IMG/VR virus record: IMGVR_UViG_3300032291_003671
Reading direction: 5' to 3' (one strand)
Source: an uncultured virus (IMG/VR IMGVR_UViG_3300032291_003671)
Taxonomy: Duplodnaviria; Heunggongvirae; Uroviricota; Caudoviricetes
Length of the DNA stretch: 64,000 bases
The position numbers and the translations under genes were made by a program. Position 1 is the first letter of the stretch; every line of letters begins with the position of its first letter. Positions 38,371-49,292 of this stretch are shown piece after piece. The notes under the pieces were generated by a model that searched no databases, was not told the origin of the DNA, and saw only the letters and a program-made list of their open reading frames with translations.

Positions 38371-39169
38371 ATCCTAGTTCTCTTAGTTCACTTGATTTAT
38401 AATGACTCACATTTAGTTCTTCCATTATTCTATGAACTCTTTTTAATAAGTCAATGTTCGTTGTTTTTTCCTTATCTTTGTAGTATAGGTTATCCTCCAA
38501 ACCTATTCTGATTCCGTCAAAATCTAATAGTCCGTAGACCGTACTCTTTAGTTGCTGTGAACCTATACCACCTAAACAAGTAAATGAGTTTGGAACTAAG
38601 CTTGATTTGATTGTGGCTAATGTACCGAAGTCACACTGACCATTATATATATTTCCAAGTATAATATTAATATGGTATGGTGGTTTTAATTTGTTCTTTG
38701 AAATAAGGTAGTTTGTATAGTTTAACATACCCGAATCAAAACATTCTATTTCAGGCTGTACCCCATACTTATCCATAGATTCTATTAATGATAAGATGGT
38801 ATCAGGTTGATTGATAGATGTCCCTGATGGAAAGTTTAAAGATGACATGGTTAATGAGCCCATATCAGGATATAACTGTAATACCTCTGTACGTTTTTCT
38901 ATCTCATGAAAATTTCTTCCTGTTAATGAAACGCAAATTAATAACTCAGGACAATACTTCTTTATCCCTTCTATAATCTTTTGGTATGTTTCTTTCTTAT
39001 AGGTATTCTCTAATATAACTTCATCTCTCGCATGTAAATGAACCACAGAAATCCCCAATTCATTTGCTTGATGAACTTCTTCAATTATTTCATTTGGTAA
39101 TAATGGTGCCAAAGAATTACCCCGTGTGGTTTGTGTCCCTGTCGGAGTTAAGTTAATTATTTTTTTCAT
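38342..39169 (-). CDS. Beta-keto acid cleavage enzyme family (BKACE/Kce)
   Basis: PTG, HLHARD, PEIECFD, RIGLEDN motifs. Confidence 0.88.
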   Translation of the reverse strand: MKKIINLTPTGTQTTRGNSLAPLLPNEIIEEVHQANELGISVVHLHARDEVILENTYKKETYQKIIEGIKKYCPELLICVSLTGRNFHEIEKRTEVLQLYPDMGSLTMSSLNFPSGTSINQPDTILSLIESMDKYGVQPEIECFDSGMLNYTNYLISKNKLKPPYHINIILGNIYNGQCDFGTLATIKSSLVPNSFTCLGGIGSQQLKSTVYGLLDFDGIRIGLEDNLYYKDKEKTTNIDLLKRVHRIMEELNVSHYKSSELRELGYGNKIINSR

Positions 39170-40122
39170 GAGAAGGTAATATAAGATTTGTTTTTAAATA
39201 TTTCTCTAAATTCATTGTCAAAATATTTTTCATATAAAGTTTTTTTTGAATTATCTATTCTAACATAATTTATATCATTAAAAATCCCTAAATTTTGAAT
39301 ATACCAATGTTTAGGACTTATATTTAAACGAACTATTTTGTTATCGTTAACAATCACCACAATATTTTCAATTTCATCTGATGACGAACGATAAAAAATG
39401 TTTAGTGTTTTGTTTTCAGGGTTATAATATAAAGTGTAGTGTGCACTTCTACTATAAAACTTTGGACCTTTATTGAATTTTTGTTTTGTTAATTCATTCT
39501 CATGTTTAAACAAAACATTACCAGAATCTATAAATATATTTTTTGTAAATGTCTCTAAATGTTTTGGCTCAATTTTTTTCATTTCACTTTCTATAAAATC
39601 TCTGTTATAGTTTTTGAAATTGTAAGGTAAAGATTCAACTTTAAATGATTTTAGGGAACCAAAAATAAAACCGTCTTGGGTTCCATTATTTGTGTAAAGT
39701 ATTGAATCATAATTTTCTAATAACAAACTGTGTTCAAATATTACATCTTTATCTAATAACTCACAATCATATTCTATATGATGTATATTCTTATATCCAA
39801 AATTTGACGCAATTTGACTAGCAATTGAAAACATTCTGTAAATGGCAAAACCATAAAAAGTCTTTTGAAAAAAACTTGATTGGATTAAAAAATTCCCCGA
39901 AGCAAAACTGTTATATCCAAAAAGGTTATAATCATCTGAAGTATCATTTAAATAATCATAAACATAATACTGACATTTTTTTTGAATGTGAATTGGAATA
40001 TGAGTATGAGATACCAATAAAACATGATACCCTGTTTTTATAACAGAGTCTACACATTTTTCTAAAGCTTCAAGTTGTTCATGTGTTGGACAGTAAGCAG
40101 TTATGAGTACTAAATCTTTCAT
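39166..40122 (-). CDS. Hypothetical protein, possible divergent glycosyltransferase
   Basis: HIEYD (DxD-like) motif within the glycan cluster. Confidence 0.55.
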   Translation of the reverse strand: MKDLVLITAYCPTHEQLEALEKCVDSVIKTGYHVLLVSHTHIPIHIQKKCQYYVYDYLNDTSDDYNLFGYNSFASGNFLIQSSFFQKTFYGFAIYRMFSIASQIASNFGYKNIHHIEYDCELLDKDVIFEHSLLLENYDSILYTNNGTQDGFIFGSLKSFKVESLPYNFKNYNRDFIESEMKKIEPKHLETFTKNIFIDSGNVLFKHENELTKQKFNKGPKFYSRSAHYTLYYNPENKTLNIFYRSSSDEIENIVVIVNDNKIVRLNISPKHWYIQNLGIFNDINYVRIDNSKKTLYEKYFDNEFREIFKNKSYITFS

Positions 40123-40204
40123 AAATAAAATATAAAAAAAAGTATTAATTAATAAAGTAAGAGTCATTTGACATCACAAAATTATTTATTTATAATGTTA
40201 CAGT

Positions 40205-40468
40205 ATGACAACACTTGAAAAACACATTATAGACGCCATTGAAAATAAGTACGGTTTCCCCTATCTTGACTATAGTAGAGAAGAACAAACTTGGACTAGT
40301 GAGTTTTTCTTATTTGATATTAAGACAGGAGTTATGTTTGTATCGGATGAGGTTAAAGAATTCCTATATAAGAAGTATGGAAAAGGATATATTGAAAAAG
40401 TTCTAACCACTGTTGTATCAACATGGTTCCTTAAGTCTTATAAGTTACCTGTTAAAGAAGTTCATTAA
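40205..40468 (+). CDS. Hypothetical protein
   Basis: 87 aa. Confidence 0.7.
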   Translation: MTTLEKHIIDAIENKYGFPYLDYSREEQTWTSEFFLFDIKTGVMFVSDEVKEFLYKKYGKGYIEKVLTTVVSTWFLKSYKLPVKEVH

Positions 40469-41097
40469 TTATATTGTTTGTAAGAATCTTTTTCATATCC
40501 ATCTATGTCAAACAAATTCCTGTAATTGTCATATAAATAATCTATCATATCCATGGTGTAGAAATCTGTTGTTGGTACAGAATTTATACTCTTATTAATT
40601 TTCATATTACACAAGTCGTATAATAATCCGCATTGATTTAACTTGGACTCACTAATAAATGAAATTTTTAAATAATCATCATACAGATTTTCAGTTCTTA
40701 AAAAATACTTTGGTATCTTTGAGTATCCATAATAAGCGTCATGTAAAATAGTGGGTTTATCCATTTGTTTAGCAAAAAACTTTCTGAAGTTTTGGACCGT
40801 TAATTCTGTTTGTGTTAAGGTTATATAAAAAAATCCAGATAAAAGTCTTGAGTATGGATTTCTTGTCGTACAGATTACGTCATAATCTTTTAGTTCGTCT
40901 GTAATAATACAGTTGTGGTGATGGCCTATCATAGATGTGGGCCTATTGTTTACCAATTCAAAAGTTTCTTTATTAAAAAATTTTGTGCTGAATTCAAAAT
41001 GAGTAAACATAAACGCGGCATGTGAACTCCCTGTTTTTGGTGGAGTCCACAAAATAGACTTATGAATGTCCGAATATGTTATCGCATTGTAACCCAT
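40465..41097 (-). CDS. Sulfotransferase-family protein (Sulfotransfer_2-like)
   Basis: PPKTGSS (5'-PSB) and RNPYSRLLS (3'-PB). Confidence 0.8.
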   Translation of the reverse strand: MGYNAITYSDIHKSILWTPPKTGSSHAAFMFTHFEFSTKFFNKETFELVNNRPTSMIGHHHNCIITDELKDYDVICTTRNPYSRLLSGFFYITLTQTELTVQNFRKFFAKQMDKPTILHDAYYGYSKIPKYFLRTENLYDDYLKISFISESKLNQCGLLYDLCNMKINKSINSVPTTDFYTMDMIDYLYDNYRNLFDIDGYEKDSYKQYN

Positions 41098-41102
41098 AAA
41101 AA

Positions 41103-41567
41103 TTAAATAACCCCTCTTACAACATTAATCACACCACTTGCTTCGTAACTGTCAAGTTTGGCATGAATAACATCAGCTAATGTACCATTATTAATATGGT
41201 TAATTAATGTTTGAGTATCAATTAACAAGTCAGCCCCGTGTTTAACTACAGGAGTTTTATTTTCAAAGTTTTCTACTCCAACAATATAGAATGATGGCCT
41301 TGGTACATACATACGATATACTAATCCACTATAATATTTTTGTTTACATCTACATAATCTATATGTTGTTGTAACGTCAATTAATACGTCAATACCATCT
41401 ATCTGTAAAAAGAAGTCATAATCAATCAACTCTTCATCACCGTGAATATTGATGAATGTTGCCTTAGTTTCTTCTTTGGTAGTTTCAATACCTGTAGCTT
41501 CAGTAAAAAGTCTTTGGAGTCTTCCCCCATTTCTTGACTTAGCACCATTTTCTGAAATAAAATCCAT
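41103..41567 (-). CDS. Hypothetical protein, possible PD-(D/E)xK nuclease fold
   Basis: DYDF...IDVTTT.R pattern only. Confidence 0.45.
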   Translation of the reverse strand: MDFISENGAKSRNGGRLQRLFTEATGIETTKEETKATFINIHGDEELIDYDFFLQIDGIDVLIDVTTTYRLCRCKQKYYSGLVYRMYVPRPSFYIVGVENFENKTPVVKHGADLLIDTQTLINHINNGTLADVIHAKLDSYEASGVINVVRGVI

Positions 41568-41636
41568 ATCTTTTTTTTAATATATACCACAAATATAAAC
41601 TCTTTTTTTGTTTTATCAAATAAAATAATTACATTT

Positions 41637-41843
41637 GTGGATAAACATATATCTATGAGAACTATACTTTATTTACTGTTAATATTACTGAACTCTTTTA
41701 TGCTTGGTATATCTACCACATTGAACATGCATGGACTTAAAGATATTCCCACATACAAATTTTGTCTGTATGTGTTCTTTATAATTTATTTTTCAATAGT
41801 GTTAATTACTCACTTAAGAAACCCCACTGACAATGATAGATAA
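41637..41843 (+). CDS. Small membrane protein
   Basis: Two TM segments. Confidence 0.6.
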   Translation: MDKHISMRTILYLLLILLNSFMLGISTTLNMHGLKDIPTYKFCLYVFFIIYFSIVLITHLRNPTDNDR

Positions 41844-42453
41844 TATAGAATTAATCAAACCATTATTAAACTTTGAAGATGAGGGCGACTTCTATATGTT
41901 ATACGTATTCAAACGTAAAAAAGACCAACCTGAAGAAGAACGAGATAACCATCAGTCAGTAAGAACTATTAAATCATATTGTGTAAATTCTATCGAGTAT
42001 CTTGAAAAAAGATATGATGAGATTAAAATATTATGCGAAACTTTTAAGGCAAGAGCATACATTCATATCACAAAGCAAAATCATAAAGATGTTGCCATGA
42101 ATATGATTACAGAAATTGTTAGTCGTATTCAATTAGGCCAAATCAATCAACAACATGTTTTTGATTCTGTTGTTGGCCAGATTAAAACTAAAGAGAAACG
42201 TTGGATTGTGGATATTGATACACAATCAATTCATATTAAAAATATGATGATTAATATAATTGATGGTGTTAGACCAACAGATGACGGAAGTAAAATTGAA
42301 TCTATTATTCCAACAAAGAATGGTATTCATTTAATTACTAAAAGATTTGATGTGATGGAGTTTACTAAACAGTTAACAGAACGAGGTGAAGTTGTTCCTG
42401 ATTTACAGAAAAAAAATCCAACATTATTATACTGTCCTGAGAGTTTAAACTAA
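41833..42453 (+). CDS. Hypothetical protein with primase-polymerase (AEP)-like motifs
   Basis: WIVDID and TKNGIH resemble AEP motifs I and II. Confidence 0.5.
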   Translation: MIDNIELIKPLLNFEDEGDFYMLYVFKRKKDQPEEERDNHQSVRTIKSYCVNSIEYLEKRYDEIKILCETFKARAYIHITKQNHKDVAMNMITEIVSRIQLGQINQQHVFDSVVGQIKTKEKRWIVDIDTQSIHIKNMMINIIDGVRPTDDGSKIESIIPTKNGIHLITKRFDVMEFTKQLTERGEVVPDLQKKNPTLLYCPESLN

Positions 42454-43079
42454 GTTAATAAATCCGTTGTGTCCGCAATTAAAACATTAGGTCTGAATCC
42501 TAAAGCAGCGGCGGTTGATAATCTCGTGTTACCAGCGACCAAATGATATCTATCACCAAACTTAATAATAAGTGGTCTATCATATTCGTTTTTAAGTAAG
42601 GCCTTTTTTAACTTAGAAGGTGGAGTCTTGTTATATTTTTTAGCAATGTCTTCCACCTTTTTCATTTCACCTTTCATAATTTCATTAGACTCAGTGTTCT
42701 CAAGTTTTTTCCAAACATCATCATTTAAAATAACTTCATCTGCATTGTGAAAAAGTTTAACCAATTTATCTACTGATACTTCAATCCCTTCATTTCTACT
42801 CAAATCTTGAGATGCTCTTTGAATTTCGTCTATTTCATTATTTATAGATTCTTTTTTATTTTTATAGAATTCATCTACTTCATTTTGTAATTCAACAAAA
42901 TCTTCGTAGGTTGAATCAAGAATATAATATTCCAAATCTTCAAAAGAATTGAATCGTAAATGTCTGATTAACTCTGGCTTATTTTTTACAAATTTAAGAA
43001 ACTCTTCCACTCCTGCAGTTTTTGGTGATAGCTCAAATATTAACTGTTTTATTCTTGAAACTTCTTCTGTTAATTTCAT
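42450..43079 (-). CDS. ParB/Srx-like domain protein with LTE leader
   Basis: RPLII...YHLVAGNTRL; N-terminus MKLTEEVSRIKQL. Confidence 0.65.
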   Translation of the reverse strand: MKLTEEVSRIKQLIFELSPKTAGVEEFLKFVKNKPELIRHLRFNSFEDLEYYILDSTYEDFVELQNEVDEFYKNKKESINNEIDEIQRASQDLSRNEGIEVSVDKLVKLFHNADEVILNDDVWKKLENTESNEIMKGEMKKVEDIAKKYNKTPPSKLKKALLKNEYDRPLIIKFGDRYHLVAGNTRLSTAAALGFRPNVLIADTTDLLT

Positions 43080-43090
43080 ATTATAATTAT

Positions 43091-43642
43091 CTAAAAATCT
43101 TTTCTAGTGCCAAATTTTAAATCACTTAAGTGACATGGGTAATCTACAACTTTTTCCCTTACAGTTTCTCTTAATAAATCTTTTATTTCATCAATTACTT
43201 GCCATCCAATATCAGGGTTGTGAGCTGCATCATATAATCTATCAATAATTTCAGGTTCATAGTCAGTTCCAAAATTAATTTCAACTTCTCCATCACCATC
43301 AACTAATACATCATAGAACACTTCTGTATTTTCATTTCCCATTTCAACATTCAAAATTTTAAAACGGAAATTATAAGTTCCTCCCTGAGCAACTATTGTA
43401 TTACCTTCAACATTTTTTATTAACTCATAAACTTTTTCAATACCTCCTAACCATTCAAGATATAATTCTTCTACCTCATCTGTATTGTTGGTATTATATG
43501 GGTTAATATCAAAAAATTTATAAAAGTTTTTGGAAAGTTTTTCTTGTTCCGTGTCCCAATATTTGAACATTATCTTTTTCAATTTTTGAATATCACTTTC
43601 AACAAGTCTATTATACTGAGATTCAGTTACAATGTATTTCAT
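43091..43642 (-). CDS. Hypothetical protein with VTE leader
   Basis: MKYIVTESQYNRLVES. Confidence 0.8.
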   Translation of the reverse strand: MKYIVTESQYNRLVESDIQKLKKIMFKYWDTEQEKLSKNFYKFFDINPYNTNNTDEVEELYLEWLGGIEKVYELIKNVEGNTIVAQGGTYNFRFKILNVEMGNENTEVFYDVLVDGDGEVEINFGTDYEPEIIDRLYDAAHNPDIGWQVIDEIKDLLRETVREKVVDYPCHLSDLKFGTRKDF

Positions 43643-43644
43643 AA

Positions 43645-44052
43645 TTAATTCTGTTCTCCAAATATAACTTTAGTGTATTGTGGATATTCTTTGTTAAATT
43701 TCTTAAGGAATATACCCGAAAGAACATTTGCCATATTTTCTTCAGGTCCACCAATATCTTGAATTTTATCAGTATCTTTCAACCCCATCTTTTGATGTTG
43801 ATATTCATGAACCCATTCGTGTGACAAAGTTCTTAAAACATCAATTAACAATCTTTGTCCCGCTAAAACAAATATTTGACTATTAGCCTTTCTTACACCA
43901 GTAGTCATTTCCTCACTTCTTTCAGGAACAAAAGTAATATAAACATCTTGATTTAAAGGTAGATTTGATTGTAAGAATTTAGTAAATTCTTGTACTACCT
44001 CAATTTGTTCAGGTGTTGTAAATTTATTGATATTTTTGAAACATGCCTTCAT
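43645..44052 (-). CDS. Putative zinc metallopeptidase (HExxH)
   Basis: RTLSHEWVHEYQ...E..AN. Confidence 0.65.
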   Translation of the reverse strand: MKACFKNINKFTTPEQIEVVQEFTKFLQSNLPLNQDVYITFVPERSEEMTTGVRKANSQIFVLAGQRLLIDVLRTLSHEWVHEYQHQKMGLKDTDKIQDIGGPEENMANVLSGIFLKKFNKEYPQYTKVIFGEQN

Positions 44053-44081
44053 TATTAATAAATATAACAAATTGGATTTAA

Positions 44082-45203
44082 CTATCGTAAAGGTTCAATC
44101 TCCGATACTTTTTTCAACGCTTGAGCAATGATTTGGTGCATGTCATAGTAGACATAAGTGGCCAATCTACCACCAAATATATGAGTTTTAAGGGACTTCG
44201 TTAGTTCATGATACTTCTCGTATATCTTTGTGTTTTCTGTGTCTCTAATAGGGTAATATGGTTCATTAAATCCATTATAATCAGCAGGATATTCATAACT
44301 TATAACAGTTCCTTTTTGGTTTTGATGGTCAAACCATTTGTGTTCTAATATACGAGTATAAGGGACATCTTCTTTAGTATAATTTACAACAGGATTACCT
44401 TGGAAACTATCTGTCTCAAGAGTTTTAGTTTCCCACTCTAAACTTCTGTATTCTAATTCACCGAATTTATAATTAAAGAACTTATCTATAGGACCTGTAT
44501 AAATAACTTTTTCAGCCAAAGAATCATAATAAGTTTTGTTCATGAAATAATCCGTGTTTAAGTTTACCATAGAATCCTCTAACATTTTTTCAAATATTTG
44601 AGTATATCCTCCAACAGGAATTCCTGTATATTTATCATTGAAATAATTACTATCCCAATTAAATCTTACAGGCAATCTCTTAATGATAGATGATGGTAAT
44701 TCTTTACAAGGTTTGTTCCATTGTTTTTCCGTATAACCTTTAATAAGTTTTTCGTAAACATCTTGGCCAACCATAGATAACGCCTGCTCTTCCAAATTGT
44801 TGACCTTTCCTTTAAAAGTTTGGCTTTCCAAAATTTGTTTGGCCTTTTCAGGGTCTGTAACACCCCATAGTTGATTAAATGTCCACATATTGAAAGGAAG
44901 TGTATACATTTCCTCATCATATTTGGCAATCACATTGTGAGTATATTGTTTAAACTCAGCGAATTGATTGATATAATCCCAAAGGTTTTTGTCGTTGGTA
45001 TGGAATATGTGAGCCCCGTACTTATGAACATGTATTCCATTAACATCTTCTGTATAACAGTTTCCACCAACAACATCACGTTTATCAATGACTAAACACT
45101 TCTTACCTTTTTTAGTCAACTCATGGGCACAGACGGAACCGAACACGCCTGCGCCCACAATAAGATAATCAAATATTGGTTTAGTCTTTAACGGTGATAT
45201 CAT
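44082..45203 (-). CDS. glf: UDP-galactopyranose mutase
   Basis: IVGAG FAD motif, HKYGAHIFHT, YTEKQW, EPYYP, GRLATY.YYDM. Confidence 0.96.
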   Translation of the reverse strand: MISPLKTKPIFDYLIVGAGVFGSVCAHELTKKGKKCLVIDKRDVVGGNCYTEDVNGIHVHKYGAHIFHTNDKNLWDYINQFAEFKQYTHNVIAKYDEEMYTLPFNMWTFNQLWGVTDPEKAKQILESQTFKGKVNNLEEQALSMVGQDVYEKLIKGYTEKQWNKPCKELPSSIIKRLPVRFNWDSNYFNDKYTGIPVGGYTQIFEKMLEDSMVNLNTDYFMNKTYYDSLAEKVIYTGPIDKFFNYKFGELEYRSLEWETKTLETDSFQGNPVVNYTKEDVPYTRILEHKWFDHQNQKGTVISYEYPADYNGFNEPYYPIRDTENTKIYEKYHELTKSLKTHIFGGRLATYVYYDMHQIIAQALKKVSEIEPLR

Positions 45204-46354
45204 TTGAAATCAAACTTAACACTTTCCATATCAATTATAGGTTCTTCAATTTTTCTTAAAGTATTATCTTTTAATTCTTGAAGTAATGTCCCTGTGTTAT
45301 AATACGCTCTCCCTTCAATTAAGAAAGAATATTTTGGAAAAGGATTAACCCTTTCAGGTTGCATCATAAACTCTAATACTACAGATAATTCTTCGTATCT
45401 TTGTTGTTCATTTAATAAAAACGATAAGTGTAATAAATGTTCATTTCTTTCAGGTGAAAATTGTTCCGCTAATTTATAATGTTCAACACTTTTTTCAATA
45501 TCCCCTAAAAATTTATACCCTTGAGCCATTATAATTAATGCGAAATAACACATCTCATCTAATTTTTTAGCAACTTTATTTTCATCCCACGCATTACTAA
45601 CCTCAAAGAATCTTTCAAAATACCATATACCTCTTCTACAATATTCATCTGAATGTAATTTACCAAATGGAAGCTCATTAGGATTACCATAAGAATCCAT
45701 ATAACTTTTGGCAATATACCATAAATGGTAATGGTCTTCTAATACTTTGTATCCAACTACTTTATCAATTTCTAATTCTAAGGCATCTCTTAAGAATTTT
45801 CTTGGAGCAGCCCAAGTATCACCATCCTGAGAAACCAAATGTCTAAACCCTTTTGGTAAATTCAATCGTTGGAAGTTCTCCCCACGCTCAGGCAAGTGAA
45901 TTGTCTCGTGTCTTTTATCATGTTGGAAGAACCAAGGTAATTTCGCATTCCAAAACCAAGTTCTGAAGTAAAATAAATCGCCATTTTGGGCAACCATATT
46001 GTAACTATCAATTCTTGTATCTTCAAAAATTGACCAATCAAAATCTTCATCAACATGAAGTCTTTCATCTGCATCCATTCTTAAAATCCAATCACATCCG
46101 TGGTTGGTTTTAAGACAGGTCTGAAGTGTATGGTCTCTATTAAATCCTGGATAGTTCCATTCAAATTGATATGTAAAACCAGGTATTCCTTTTTCTGTAA
46201 AAAAATCATTAATGACTTTTTCAGTATTGTCTTGCCCGTTACATTGAATAACCCAATAATCTATGTATGGAATTACTGATTCCAACATTCTTAATATGGT
46301 TGAAGATTCATTCCCAACCATAGCATTCAAACAAATTTTTGTTTTCTTATTCAT
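45200..46354 (-). CDS. GT2-like glycosyltransferase with TPR-like C-terminus
   Basis: MVGNE, MDADE, HE motif; helical tail. Confidence 0.75.
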   Translation of the reverse strand: MNKKTKICLNAMVGNESSTILRMLESVIPYIDYWVIQCNGQDNTEKVINDFFTEKGIPGFTYQFEWNYPGFNRDHTLQTCLKTNHGCDWILRMDADERLHVDEDFDWSIFEDTRIDSYNMVAQNGDLFYFRTWFWNAKLPWFFQHDKRHETIHLPERGENFQRLNLPKGFRHLVSQDGDTWAAPRKFLRDALELEIDKVVGYKVLEDHYHLWYIAKSYMDSYGNPNELPFGKLHSDEYCRRGIWYFERFFEVSNAWDENKVAKKLDEMCYFALIIMAQGYKFLGDIEKSVEHYKLAEQFSPERNEHLLHLSFLLNEQQRYEELSVVLEFMMQPERVNPFPKYSFLIEGRAYYNTGTLLQELKDNTLRKIEEPIIDMESVKFDFK

Positions 46355-47600
46355 ATATGTAATTCATTACTTGTTCTTCTTCAAAGAATTTTCTAATAGG
46401 TGCTCTGTTTTGTAATTTTTGAGAAGTTCCATCTTCTTCAATCCAATTCCAATCATGATATCCTAATTCAATAATTCTATTATGAATTGCCTTATCATAA
46501 TAATCTCTTATCAATCTGGCTCTTCGGTTTATATCTGTTGAGTTATTGTCAACCGTACTATTTCTATTGTTATATTGTAGGTAAAGAACTTTCTTTACGT
46601 GTATTATTCTTGTATGTAAAAAACTTTTGATGATAATTTCTAAGTCATCCGCAACAGGAGTTTTTTTATTATGTCCACCAATTTCATAATATAACTCTCT
46701 TTTCCACATTCTGACGTGGTCAGGCATACTAATATTAAATCTAATTGATAATGGATTAATGTCAGGGTACCAGTGGGCTAAAATATCTTTTCCGTCAACT
46801 GTTACCCAAGTATGTCCAGCATAACCAAAGTCAAAGAAGTTATCTTCTCTTCCATACCAATTACCTGACCAATCATGGTCATATGTTTTCATTTCACCAT
46901 CATCATATAACTCACATACATCTGAATATAAAAATCCAGCATCAGGATAAGTTAAGATGGCATCATTACAAATTTGGAGACATTCATTTGTTAAGGTATC
47001 ATCATGGTCTAACTCCACTAACCAATCGCCATCACACAACATAGCAGCTCTATGTTTTGCTAATCCAATATTACCACCTGAAAGTGGAGTTATTCTATGA
47101 AGTTTAACACGATAGTCATTCTTAGCAATCTCTTGAAGGATGCCCCAAGTTTCTGTATCACCCTCAGGTGAATCATCAACAACAACCCATTCCCAATTAT
47201 CCAAAGTTTGATTGGCAAGACCTTGATAAGTTCTACGGATTCTTTCACCTGTCTGATAAACGGGAGTAAAAATTGAAAACCTTGGTCGGTTAACTTTACA
47301 ACTTCTGAAAACAGTTTGACATACAATAATGTTTGCCAATATGTTATCCTGATGCATTTCAGAATGATGGATATGGATTTGTTTTAAATGATAATGAGGA
47401 ACCTCAATTGGCTCCCCGAAAGATATAATCAAATCGGGTTTATACTTTGAGTAATCCCCAACGACATCATTAGTATACGGTAATGAATAAACAATAACTT
47501 CATCAAAAAGATGTTCCTCAAAATATACGTCAGAGATTAATAAAACCTCTCCATCTCTATCCCAATTATAAACTATTGCGCTAGGTTTTTTTGTTTTCAT
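46347..47600 (-). CDS. Glycosyltransferase family 2
   Basis: SIFTPVY, WEWVVVDDS, ELDHDD, ADD. Confidence 0.88.
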   Translation of the reverse strand: MKTKKPSAIVYNWDRDGEVLLISDVYFEEHLFDEVIVYSLPYTNDVVGDYSKYKPDLIISFGEPIEVPHYHLKQIHIHHSEMHQDNILANIIVCQTVFRSCKVNRPRFSIFTPVYQTGERIRRTYQGLANQTLDNWEWVVVDDSPEGDTETWGILQEIAKNDYRVKLHRITPLSGGNIGLAKHRAAMLCDGDWLVELDHDDTLTNECLQICNDAILTYPDAGFLYSDVCELYDDGEMKTYDHDWSGNWYGREDNFFDFGYAGHTWVTVDGKDILAHWYPDINPLSIRFNISMPDHVRMWKRELYYEIGGHNKKTPVADDLEIIIKSFLHTRIIHVKKVLYLQYNNRNSTVDNNSTDINRRARLIRDYYDKAIHNRIIELGYHDWNWIEEDGTSQKLQNRAPIRKFFEEEQVMNYIYE

Positions 47601-47615
47601 TAATATATAATTCTT

Positions 47616-47930
47616 TTAATCACCATCAGAATTCCACTCAGTTAATACGAATTCAAGATGTAACGCTATAATACGCCCGTATCTATTTTTATAAGCAGTT
47701 GCCTTTATTCCTCCGCTTGAAACATAACAACTGTCTTTTACTTCTTTAGTCTTAACATATTCAATTGCTCGTTCTAATCGTTCAATTGCAGATTCTTTTA
47801 ATTCTTCAATAGATGGTACACCAGTTGATGCCCAACTCCATTTCAGATGTTTCATAACATCATAACACCTTTGAAAGTTGAAATTCTCAATGATTTCATC
47901 TACCATTTTTTGTTCACCCTTAATTAACAT
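47616..47930 (-). CDS. Hypothetical phage protein
   Basis: 104 aa. Confidence 0.75.
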   Translation of the reverse strand: MLIKGEQKMVDEIIENFNFQRCYDVMKHLKWSWASTGVPSIEELKESAIERLERAIEYVKTKEVKDSCYVSSGGIKATAYKNRYGRIIALHLEFVLTEWNSDGD

Positions 47931-47955
47931 AACACTTTTTCTTTATTTGTAAATT

Positions 47956-48522
47956 TTATTCTTCAATAGATAAGAGTATTCCTTTTACGAATCCTATACT
48001 TTGAGCAAGGTTATGTGCCTCCTCCAAAAATTCTTTATGTTCCTTCTCGTACTTTATTTTCAAATCATTATCAGGGAACATTAACTGCATTGAATCTAAA
48101 ATATCTTCGTCTGTAAAGTGGAAAGTGATTTCGTTGATATCAAAATCTTTTTTCTCCATAATTTCAGGGAATGTCTTAGTAAGCATCCTTTTGAATACTG
48201 TCTTATATACACCCATCTTCATCCTTCTATTACGAACCGCAGTGTCTTCCAAATCAAAGTTTTTGTCATTGACCTCAATGATTCTCATAAAATAATTTTC
48301 TTTATCTTTTTGAATCTGTGATACATTTTTTTCAAACCATCCAGAAAACCAATTACCTTTATAAACTAATACTTGATTTCTTTCCATAAATTCATGCGCC
48401 TCTTTCTCGGTCATATAACCTTCCCTACAAATTTTTCCTATAACTATGTCTTTAACTTTGTTATAGGTTATAATGTCATTTTCTAAATCTAATAATTGTG
48501 CATCCATACCTAATATTAACAA
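47956..48522 (-). CDS. Hypothetical protein
   Basis: 188 aa. Confidence 0.7.
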   Translation of the reverse strand: MLILGMDAQLLDLENDIITYNKVKDIVIGKICREGYMTEKEAHEFMERNQVLVYKGNWFSGWFEKNVSQIQKDKENYFMRIIEVNDKNFDLEDTAVRNRRMKMGVYKTVFKRMLTKTFPEIMEKKDFDINEITFHFTDEDILDSMQLMFPDNDLKIKYEKEHKEFLEEAHNLAQSIGFVKGILLSIEE

Positions 48523-48560
48523 AAAACCCCGAGACTTTCAACAAGCTTCGGGGTTAATTT

Positions 48561-49292
48561 TTACATACTTCTTAGAATACTCTCAGTCATTCCGTTCCAC
48601 TTTTTGATTTGGTTTTTAGGAATCCAAAAGGTCATTTCGCCAATCTCCTCAACTTTCTTAAGATAATCCTCACGGAAACGAGTCGCTTCAGACGCATCTT
48701 TGATGTAAGGAATTTTCAAGTGAGCTGCACATATCTTACCCATACCTGTCAACATTGAAAACTCATCAGTCAAATCTCTCATACAAGAAGAACAGATTTT
48801 ACCACGTTTGATAGTCATCTTCCCTGCGAATCTAACTGCTTTTGGACTAACCCCTAACAAACGAGTGATGTCAATTAATGTAGGGTTGAACTCTAATCCG
48901 TAAGTCTCTTTCAACTGTTGACCAATCTTACGTCCGATAACAATCGTCTCATTTATTGTTGGCCAATTCATCTTAAGAGTTTTTTCTTTGTCCTCCTCTT
49001 TCTGAATCTGAGCCAAAGCAGTTGTCTTTTGTTTCTCAGTCAAAGTACCATATTTTTTGAACTTTGAAGCGATTTCAAGGACAAAACTGTTTTTACCCTG
49101 ATACTCAACAATTCGTTTTAACTCTTCTGTCATTTCCTCAACCTTTACAGTCGTAGTCGCGTTAAGACATTTCTCAGTCGCCTCCTCTTGCTTTGGAGTC
49201 AATCGTCCGTACTTAGTAAGAACGTCTTTCATTTTGATAACAAAAGAATTTTGACCTTTGTAGTTTTTTACTTTTTCAGTTGTAGATGTCAT
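48561..49292 (-). CDS. Protein with two internal repeats and a C-terminal zinc ribbon (DUF6011-like)
   Basis: Y.G.NSFV...KYG.LT.KQ twice; CSSC...LTD..S...G.G.IC. Confidence 0.7.
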   Translation of the reverse strand: MTSTTEKVKNYKGQNSFVIKMKDVLTKYGRLTPKQEEATEKCLNATTTVKVEEMTEELKRIVEYQGKNSFVLEIASKFKKYGTLTEKQKTTALAQIQKEEDKEKTLKMNWPTINETIVIGRKIGQQLKETYGLEFNPTLIDITRLLGVSPKAVRFAGKMTIKRGKICSSCMRDLTDEFSMLTGMGKICAAHLKIPYIKDASEATRFREDYLKKVEEIGEMTFWIPKNQIKKWNGMTESILRSM

